Positions 1 to 5,931 of a stretch of 9,595 nt of DNA are shown here, one piece after another. The position numbers and the translations under genes are program-made. Positions within the stretch are counted from its first letter, which is position 1, and every line of letters begins with the position of its first letter. The notes below the pieces were generated by a model. That model did not search any database, was not told the origin of the DNA, and worked only from the letters and a program-made list of their open reading frames with translations. This stretch comes from a virus. Taxonomy: Duplodnaviria > Heunggongvirae > Uroviricota > Caudoviricetes. Where the stretch lies: positions 1 through 9,595 of IMG/VR virus record IMGVR_UViG_2541047688_000006; one strand, written 5' to 3'.

Positions 1-249
1 ATGCGTATTGAAATCTGCATAGCCAAAGAAAAAATGACTAAAATGCCAACCGGTGCTGTGGATGCGTTAAAGGAAGAATTAACCCGACGCATCAGTAAAC
101 GTTATGACGATGTAGAGGTGATCGTAAAAGCTACCAGCAACGATGGCCTTTCTGTTACGCGCACCGCCGATAAAGATTCAGCTAAAACTTTTGTTCAGGA
201 AACTCTGAAAGATACCTGGGAGTCTGCTGACGAGTGGTTTGTTCACTAA
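1..249 (+). CDS. dinI: DinI-family protein (DNA damage-inducible protein I-like), 82 aa
   Basis: ORF begins at ATG at position 1 (its RBS would lie off-window). The translation MRIEICIAK...[16 protein letters not shown] matches the recalled E. coli DinI pattern (MRIEVTIAK ... LQETWESADDWFV) in both length and termini. dinI-like genes are common prophage cargo. Confidence 0.8.
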   Translation: MRIEICIAKEKMTKMPTGAVDALKEELTRRISKRYDDVEVIVKATSNDGLSVTRTADKDSAKTFVQETLKDTWESADEWFVH

Positions 250-317
250 TTAGCACGTAAAATCTGTAACGGCTGGAAATCATTCAATACTCGCACTATC
301 GAAAGTTCACCATCCAA

Positions 318-357
318 CCGCAGCACGTTCTTGCTTAAGGCGTGTCTGCGGTTTTTC
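318..357 (+). terminator. Putative rho-independent terminator downstream of the dinI-like gene
   Basis: CCGCAGCACG (318-327) pairs with CGTGTCTGCGG (341-351) with one bulge around a 13-nt loop, followed by TTTTT (352-356). It lies ~70 nt after the dinI-like stop. Confidence 0.45.
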
Positions 358-675
358 AACTATTCAGATACATCACTCCCATCACATTCATTCCTCCGCA
401 TCAAAGGCATATAGGCTATATCACCTTGATATTTTTCTTCTTCAGATAAAAACTGTTATCTATGTATACTTTTAAACCCAATCCGTGTAGAGTCTCTGCA
501 TAAGATAGTTTGCAGTTGCCACTTCAGCTTGCGCCATAAACCGCCTGATTTTTGCCGCCATCTGTTAGCATTCCTGTATACCTGAAACGACAATGTTTAT
601 CTACGAACTTTAAGAACACCCAGGATAAAAATTGTCAACTATATCATATATAACACATTACTAATTCGAGGCTAT

Positions 676-789
676 ATGAACAGCATACTGATAATCACTT
701 CGCTCCTTATCATATTCAGCATTTTTAGTCATGCTCTAATAAAATTAGGGATTGGCATATCCAATAACCCAGACAAAACCGATGTATAA
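676..789 (+). CDS. Possible small hydrophobic peptide (37 aa), hypothetical
   Basis: ATG at 676 preceded by GAGG (668-671); translation [37 protein letters not shown], stop TAA 787-789. It has one predicted TM-like hydrophobic stretch plus a polar tail. It sits in an AT-rich region where Ile/Leu/Phe codons are enriched by composition, so it could be a chance ORF. Confidence 0.25.
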
Positions 790-857
790 GTCAACATATC
801 CTGAATCAGACATACAATATCGCAATGAAAATCAATAATATTTTAAGGAATATATTC

Positions 858-1091
858 ATGAAATCAAAAGACACCCTAAAGTGGTTCCCTGCGCAGCTTC
901 CTGAAGTCAGAATTATCCTAGGGGATGCTGTAGTGGAAGTAGCAAAACAGGGAAGACCTATCAATACCAGAACATTGCTTGATTACATTGAAGGAAACAT
1001 AAAGAAAAAATCATGGCTGGATAACAAAGAATTATTACAAACAGCGATATCAGTTCTTAAAGACAACCAAAATTTAAATGGTAAAATGTAA
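858..1091 (+). CDS. Hypothetical protein, 77 aa (alternative upstream ATG at 825 gives 88 aa)
   Basis: ORF track 825..1091. The ATG at 858 has a good SD (AAGGA at 845-849, ~8-nt spacer) whereas the ATG at 825 has none. Translation MKSKDTLKWFPAQLPEVRIILGDAVVEVAKQGRPINTRTLLDYIEGNIKKKSWLDNKELLQTAISVLKDNQNLNGKM; no family recognised. Low GC, typical of a horizontally acquired moron gene. Confidence 0.5.
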   Translation: MKSKDTLKWFPAQLPEVRIILGDAVVEVAKQGRPINTRTLLDYIEGNIKKKSWLDNKELLQTAISVLKDNQNLNGKM

Positions 1092-1407
1092 TATAATAAA
1101 CTTACTTTTTTATCATTTTTCCACTTTAACAACATTTTGCTCCACTTTTCCACGACCAAACAACTTGAAATCTGGTTAAAATAACACGCAACACTATTCT
1201 TCTTCCTTGAGTCCGCCCGGAACTCGAAAAACAAACCGAGTTAAAGCCATTTTTCACAAAATCGATTTTGGGTCTCACCAAAATTACGGGGTTGCATACG
1301 CATTCGTTTATTTTCGAACGTGTACATACAAACATGCACAAAAATAATCAAAATTATTTTCTGAGATGCATTATGATATGAACACCAATTTCGTATAGAG
1401 TCTCACT

Positions 1408-1998
1408 ATGTCTCGAATTTTTGCTTACTGTCGGATATCAACGCTGGATCAGACCACCGAAAATCAACGCCGGGAAATCGAAAGTGCAGGTTTTAAAATC
1501 AAACCTCAGCAAATAATCGAAGAACACATTAGCGGCTCAGCAGCAACCAGTGAGCGTCCTGGTTTTAACCGGTTGCTTGCTCGCCTGAAATGTGGTGATC
1601 AATTGATTGTGACAAAACTGGATCGCCTTGGTTGTAATGCAATGGATATCAGGAAAACAGTGGAACAACTGACCGAAACAGGTATCAGAGTGCATTGCTT
1701 AGCATTGGGGGGCATTGACCTGACCAGTCCAACAGGAAAAATGATGATGCAAGTAATTTCAGCAGTCGCTGAATTTGAACGAGACCTTTTACTTGAACGC
1801 ACTCATTCCGGGATAGTAAGAGCCCGGGGCGCAGGGAAACGTTTTGGTCGACCACCTGTGTTAAATGAAGAACAGAAACAGGTGGTATTCGAACGGATTA
1901 AGTCAGGTGTAAGTATAAGTGCCATTGCCCGGGAATTCAAAACCTCGCGGCAAACCATTTTAAGAGCCAAAGCAAAACTTCAGACACCTGACATATAA
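1408..1998 (+). CDS. Serine recombinase (resolvase / DNA-invertase family), 196 aa
   Basis: N-terminal catalytic motif [11 protein letters not shown] (Ser11 as the presumptive nucleophile, compare Y-x-R-V-S-T-x-x-Q in Hin/Gin/gamma-delta resolvase). KLDRLGCN matches the KLDRLGRS motif except for Cys76. Central ...[14 protein letters not shown]... and GRFGRPP motifs and a C-terminal HTH ([18 protein letters not shown]) are present. It is convergent with the tail-fibre operon, as pin is in K-12 cryptic prophages. Confidence 0.85.
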
Positions 1999-2095
1999 AA
2001 AATAATCTCGGTGTGAGATGCCTTACGTCTTCCAAGCCCCCTTCCTTGCCGTAAATGGAAAGATACATCTAATTATAGAATTTATATGTTTTACC

Positions 2096-2215
2096 CTACG
2101 GCAGTGCTGGCCATTCAATATCCTGTGCAGTTGACGTATCAACACGGTTCAGCAACACCCGATACTTCTTCCAGGCTTCCCGCAACGAGGTTTCTTCCTC
2201 CGTTGCATATACAGC
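2096..2215 (-). pseudogene. tfa: Remnant of the 3' end of a lambda-type tail fibre assembly gene (tfa), about 35-39 codons with no start
   Basis: Minus-strand translation of 2215..2099 gives [39 protein letters not shown], matching the recalled C-terminus of lambda Tfa (...[39 protein letters not shown]). An in-frame stop lies immediately upstream at 2216-2218 and there is no start codon or N-terminal Tfa sequence. Confidence 0.7.
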
Positions 2216-2225
2216 TCACCTTTTT

Positions 2226-2519
2226 TCACCCACGATTAACCAACAGCCAGACCAGCAGACACGCCACCACCGGCACAGCAAAATCCATCAGGCTTGCCAC
2301 ATCCCACGCACGCGGATCAAAACCGCCCCACCACGGCATATTCATTCGCTTGCCATGCCCGAACATTTCAATCCAGCGATATTCTGCCTGGGTATGTTCA
2401 CGCGCAATGAAGAACGTACAACCAGCTATCGCCCCGTAAGCCCAGTTTCCGGTAAAAAGACCAACCAGTACCTGCGCAGCCACAGCACAAAGTGCATGAA
2501 GGAAAGGTGTTATATCCAT
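2226..2519 (-). CDS. Small integral membrane protein, 97 aa, hypothetical
   Basis: ATG at 2519 preceded by a strong SD AGGAGG (4-nt spacer) directly after the stop of the upstream gene. Two long hydrophobic segments (about residues 5-37 and 75-94) flank a Trp/Arg-rich loop (REHTQAEYRWIEMFGHGKRMNMPWWGGFDPRAWD). No family recognised. Confidence 0.6.
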   Translation of the reverse strand: MDITPFLHALCAVAAQVLVGLFTGNWAYGAIAGCTFFIAREHTQAEYRWIEMFGHGKRMNMPWWGGFDPRAWDVASLMDFAVPVVACLLVWLLVNRG

Positions 2520-2529
2520 TACGCCTCCT

Positions 2530-3234
2530 TTATCCGATATCGCTTCGGGAAACGGATAACAACTTTAATTCTGACTCAAGTTCATCAACTCTTTCAGTCA
2601 GCTTCTGGATATGGTGAATCAGTGGAACAACCAGACGTTCGTACATTACACCTTCGGCAACAAGGCCATTGCTGGAAATGGTTTCCGGTGCATCATCTTC
2701 GTTGGCTGGTCGCCAGTGAACAAACTGAGGGGCAATTTCTCCTACTTCCTCGGCAATCAATCCATAGAATCCCCAGTCACGCCTGTCATTTTCGCATTGC
2801 GACCTGTACCACACATGGCGCATCCTGAAAATGAGATCGGCGTGCTCTGAATCTATCGTCTCTACTGAATGTTTATAGCGGATAGACGATGTTGACCGCA
2901 GCACAGACGAAATTGCAGGGTCAGGATTAAGATAAAGATTTGCCGCCGCTGTAGTTGTGCCCAATCCCCATAAATAAAACGCTTCACGGACAGTCAGCGG
3001 GTAAAAATCTCCGCCATAACGACCACTTTCCAGATCGTTCACTTCCACTTTGTTTTTCAGCTTATTATCCACTTCTGTTTTTGTGTATCTGGTACTGATA
3101 TCCTGCTTTGCACTGTCCATATCAGTCTGAAGCGTTGATACTTTTACGTTAATTGAGGAAATATCTTCCTTTGCCTTACTGACATCTCCCTTTAGCGTTT
3201 TGATGTCATCAGGAATTACTGTCGATGTAGCCAT
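2530..3234 (-). CDS. Tail-fibre-like protein with C-terminal S74-type intramolecular chaperone (self-cleaving) domain, 234 aa
   Basis: ATG at 3234 with SD GAGGAAG overlapping the upstream stop. The N-terminal ~70 aa are coiled-coil-like (K/D/S-rich heptads). Residues ~116-225 (SSIRYKHSVETIDSEHADLIFRMRHVWYR...DWGFYGLIAEEVGEIAPQFV...NGLVAEGVMYERLVVPLIHHIQKLTERVDELESELK) follow the recalled Peptidase_S74 / endosialidase-chaperone pattern (SDxRxK...v.Y.w...GfIAQEV.E.lPelV...L.vdY..LvplLieaiKeL), including a Ser116...Lys121 dyad candidate. Confidence 0.65.
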   Translation of the reverse strand: MATSTVIPDDIKTLKGDVSKAKEDISSINVKVSTLQTDMDSAKQDISTRYTKTEVDNKLKNKVEVNDLESGRYGGDFYPLTVREAFYLWGLGTTTAAANLYLNPDPAISSVLRSTSSIRYKHSVETIDSEHADLIFRMRHVWYRSQCENDRRDWGFYGLIAEEVGEIAPQFVHWRPANEDDAPETISSNGLVAEGVMYERLVVPLIHHIQKLTERVDELESELKLLSVSRSDIG

Positions 3235-3243
3235 TTTTCTTCC

Positions 3244-3525
3244 TCACATCCAGCTACGGAGTTGATGCTCAACAGCAACCGCGTGTTCATCGAATAATGA
3301 CGATATTTGCGAATCATTAATGATGCGCACATTTACAAAATATCCGTCCTCCTTAACACATACCGGCTCGCCATCTTCAGTAAGTTCTCCGGTTTCTTTG
3401 TACACATTACCTATCACGTCAATAAGAATATCATCCTGCATCGACTCGTCATCATAATAGCCAATGCTCTCCATAAAGGCCGAAAAGTCGGCCCTGTCTG
3501 CAAATTTGAGTGTTAAATCTTTCAT
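3244..3525 (-). CDS. Small highly acidic protein, 93 aa, translationally coupled to stf; hypothetical (possible fibre chaperone/accessory)
   Basis: Its ATG (3525-3523) overlaps the stf stop TGA (3524-3522) as ATGA. The translation has 21 Asp+Glu against 7 Lys+Arg. Coding-like composition; no family recognised. Confidence 0.6.
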   Translation of the reverse strand: MKDLTLKFADRADFSAFMESIGYYDDESMQDDILIDVIGNVYKETGELTEDGEPVCVKEDGYFVNVRIINDSQISSLFDEHAVAVEHQLRSWM

Positions 3526-5918
3526 TTAATACTCTCCCCCATTTGCGCATCAGTTAATTCTTTATGCCAGAGACGAAGATTTCTCAAATGGCCGAATAGA
3601 TGACGAGTTCCCGATGTGGCTTGACCTCCAATTCGAATAAAGGTCCGTGTTTTTACGCCCGTCCACTCCGTTTTCATAGTTTTAGTAGCCTCACCGTTAG
3701 AAACTACTCGTTTAGTACCATCAGAATAAATATTAAAACCACCAATGAATTTTCGAACATCAGCTCGACCAGCAAACACACTAGAAACGTAAGTACTTGT
3801 CGACGCTTTATAAGTTTGCATATAAAGCTGACCGTAATATTTCTCAGTTGTGTTAAAAGCGTATGTAATTGACTCAATAGGTGGCACACCAGAAAAATCA
3901 AAAATACGCGGTGCTACATTAGGAGGAATATCGCCCCAATTTCTATTAACCTCGACAAGACACGTAAGCGGTCTATTATAGATATTATTTTCAGTTGGGA
4001 TCGTCACCATATCACTGGAGCGGGTTGCGGGTGCAGTTGTCGTAATAACAAAAGATGAAGCACATCCGCCGTTTTCAAATTGTGGTGTTGCAAGGTAAAT
4101 ATAATCTCCCGCTTCAGTTATACCACCTTTTTTCGGCGCATACTGAATCATTGCGCCAATTAAGGTTTCACCTTCAACAGCTTCTATAGTTGCCTCATAG
4201 AAAATCCACCCTGTAACCGGATCTTTAGTTGCAGTAGCTGCTATTCTATTGGCTGCCCCGCCAGTTTTTTCTATTATCAGAGTTCCGAAAGTTAAATAAG
4301 CATCTCCTAAAAATGTATAAACCGACCCATCGTATTTTTCAAAACGCAAACGACAACGAAGACCATCAGGAGCTTTAACCCTGCATGAAACAGTGCAATA
4401 CTTATTATCGCCACTAACATCAATCCCCCGGGATGCACTGCATGTATGCAGACTAAGTGCAGATGATTGTCCTGTCATATTATCTTTTGTTCGCATTTTG
4501 GCATATGAAAAACCAAATTCATCAACACCATTATTAGTTTTATCGATATTGCTGGTACTCGTCCATTCAGCGGGAGTATTGGATTTAACAAAATAGTTAG
4601 TGCGCTGTCCTTCAATCAATAAACCTTCTTTTTCAAATCGTGGCTCATCAATTTTAGCAACACTAAATACGCCTGATTTATTGATATATGTGGCAGTTGA
4701 TGCGCGTTTAAACTTAACAACCTTGTCGCCAGGCATCGTTATTTCATCATCACCAATAACAATTTTTTTATATGACGGCGAAAAGCCCGTAATCATATCC
4801 AGTGAATCGTTAAACGGTATCCACACATCAGGCAGTGGCTGTAAGACATATTTATACGGCTCTGCTGCCTGACTTGCATACTCTCTGGCTGCGTCTTCAC
4901 TTGCTTTAGCTGCTGTCTGGCTTGCTGCCGATGCTTTCGCCGAGTTCGCCGCTGCAGTCTCGCTTGTCTTTGCATTGGTTTCACTGGTTTTTGCTGCTTT
5001 TTGACTGTTGGCTGATGCAGTGGCAGAAGCAGCCGCCGCGCTTGCAGAACCAGCTGCAGCACTCTCGCTTTGGGCTGCTGCATCCTGACTGTTTTTCGCC
5101 GCAGTTTCGCTGGCTTTGGCATTCGTTTCGCTGGTCTTCGCTGCCGTCTGGCTGGACTTTGCGTTAGTTTCACTCGTCTTCGCAGCTTTCTGGCTGTTAG
5201 CCGCAGCAGTTGCTGATCCAGCTGCTGAAGTCGCAGAACCGGCTGCCGCGCTCTCGCTTTGGGCTGCTGCAACCTGGCTGTTTTTTGCCGCAGTTTCACT
5301 GGCTTTGGCATTCGTTTCGCTGGTTTTCGCTGCCGTCTGGCTGGACTTTGCGTTGGTTTCGCTCGTCTTTGCGGCTGTCTCGCTATTTTTCGCGTTGGTT
5401 TCTGATTTTTTGGCTGCTGTCGCGGAGTTTGCCGATGCAGTCTTTGAGGTCGCTGCCGCCTGTGCACTATTAGCTGCATTCGTTTCTGAGGTTTTCGCCG
5501 CGTTCTTCGATGATGCCGCTGCAGTTTCGGATTTCTTTGCCGCCGCTGCGCTCTGAGAGGCGGCTTCGGCGTTGCGTACCACTTCTTCCACCATTGCCTC
5601 AAAACGACGCAATGCCTCCGGCATGACATCATCTTCCGTCATGGCACCGAGAAAATCATTCAGCGTACCTGATCTGGAACCTTCATAGACGGTAATGGTC
5701 CCGGCATGTGAAGGCGGAAAACCTTCAACCAGCAGGGTGACGCTGTACTGACCATGCTCAACATCCATGCTGTAACGTCCGGCTTCATCCGGATTTTCAG
5801 AGGCCACCGTGTTCACCACCACCGTGCTGCTGGTTCGTCTGGCCTTCAGCACAATGGTGCAGTTCTGTACTGGTTTTCCTGTGCCATCTTTAAGCACGCC
5901 AGAAATTTTTACTGTCAT
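3522..5918 (-). CDS. stf: Side tail fibre protein (Stf), 798 aa, mosaic: lambda-like N-terminus, Ala-rich repeat shaft, non-lambda C-terminal jelly-roll-like tip
   Basis: The N-terminus MTVKISGVLKDGTGKPVQNCTI...GFPPSHAGTITVYE...TLNDFL matches recalled lambda Stf (MAVKISGVLKDGTGKPVQNCTIQLKA...). An Ala/Ser/Thr/Lys-rich repeat follows. The C-terminal ~460 aa are unlike lambda and end in ...IGGQATSGTRHLFGHLRNLRLWHKELTDAQ, resembling the C-terminal signature of concanavalin-A-like / LamG lectin folds. GC drops by eye near ~4870. Confidence 0.9.
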   Translation of the reverse strand: MTVKISGVLKDGTGKPVQNCTIVLKARRTSSTVVVNTVASENPDEAGRYSMDVEHGQYSVTLLVEGFPPSHAGTITVYEGSRSGTLNDFLGAMTEDDVMPEALRRFEAMVEEVVRNAEAASQSAAAAKKSETAAASSKNAAKTSETNAANSAQAAATSKTASANSATAAKKSETNAKNSETAAKTSETNAKSSQTAAKTSETNAKASETAAKNSQVAAAQSESAAAGSATSAAGSATAAANSQKAAKTSETNAKSSQTAAKTSETNAKASETAAKNSQDAAAQSESAAAGSASAAAASATASANSQKAAKTSETNAKTSETAAANSAKASAASQTAAKASEDAAREYASQAAEPYKYVLQPLPDVWIPFNDSLDMITGFSPSYKKIVIGDDEITMPGDKVVKFKRASTATYINKSGVFSVAKIDEPRFEKEGLLIEGQRTNYFVKSNTPAEWTSTSNIDKTNNGVDEFGFSYAKMRTKDNMTGQSSALSLHTCSASRGIDVSGDNKYCTVSCRVKAPDGLRCRLRFEKYDGSVYTFLGDAYLTFGTLIIEKTGGAANRIAATATKDPVTGWIFYEATIEAVEGETLIGAMIQYAPKKGGITEAGDYIYLATPQFENGGCASSFVITTTAPATRSSDMVTIPTENNIYNRPLTCLVEVNRNWGDIPPNVAPRIFDFSGVPPIESITYAFNTTEKYYGQLYMQTYKASTSTYVSSVFAGRADVRKFIGGFNIYSDGTKRVVSNGEATKTMKTEWTGVKTRTFIRIGGQATSGTRHLFGHLRNLRLWHKELTDAQMGESIK
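4928..5567 (-). repeat. In-frame tandem repeat inside stf, period 189 bp (63 aa), about 3 copies of decreasing identity
   Basis: 5101-5289 and 5290-5478 begin with near-identical ~80 nt (gcagtttcRctggctttggcattcgtttcgctggtYttcgctgccgtctggctggactttgcgtt); a further diverged copy spans ~4912-5100. At protein level the unit AAKTSETNAKSSQTAAKTSETNAKASETAAKNSQ.AAAQSESAAAGSA... repeats. It also creates the spurious long ORFs on other frames. Confidence 0.8.
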
Positions 5919-5931
5919 ACTTTTCCACCAA

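Noticed and set aside
983-1341. Minus-strand ORFs 983..1234 and 1126..1341
   Set aside because: They overlap each other and the 3' end of the 77-aa ORF; 1126..1341 starts with TTG; translations look like AT-rich noise.
1341-1360. Inverted repeat AAAATAAT-caaa-ATTATTTT upstream of the recombinase gene, considered as an operator or enhancer site
   Set aside because: Very AT-rich low-complexity sequence in an AT-rich region; such short palindromes arise easily by chance and no flanking promoter hexamers could be assigned confidently.
483-1406. Shared 14-mer CGT(G/A)TAGAGTCTC at 484-497 and 1392-1405 (the second abutting the recombinase start) considered as possible recombinase crossover sites
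   Set aside because: A 13/14 match (17/22 extended) is expected several times by chance in a 9.6-kb window; neither copy resembles a hix/gix-type 26-bp palindrome. Kept only as a note.
1999-2100. Search for a gix/hix/cix-like 26-bp inversion site next to the recombinase (for example around TTCCTTGCCGTAAATGGAA at 2042-2062, and AAACCGAGTTAAAG at 1233-1246)
   Set aside because: Only weak partial matches to the AAACC-NN-GGTTT core with poor dyad symmetry; not sufficient to call a recombination site.
2086-2828. Plus-strand ORFs 2086..2439 (117 aa), 2355..2828 (157 aa) and 2611..2850 (79 aa)
   Set aside because: They overlap the minus-strand tfa remnant and the 97-aa and 234-aa genes, which have SDs and recognisable motifs; the plus-strand translations are low-complexity and lack RBSs.
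3307-4872. Plus-strand and off-frame ORFs within the stf C-terminal region and 93-aa gene (3307..3516, 3600..3872, 3704..3901, 4393..4596, 4600..4872)
   Set aside because: They are antisense to or out of frame with the stf and 93-aa genes; short, no RBS, no recognisable motifs.
4793-5632. 279-aa Arg/Gln/Pro-rich ORF (minus strand, alternate frame) and the 146-aa (5116..5556), 87-aa (5210..5473) and 81-aa (4922..5167) plus-strand ORFs
   Set aside because: They lie entirely within the Ala-rich GC-rich tandem repeat of stf. Low-complexity translations in off-frames are the expected artefact of GCN-rich repeats, and the stf frame is the one with recognisable homology.
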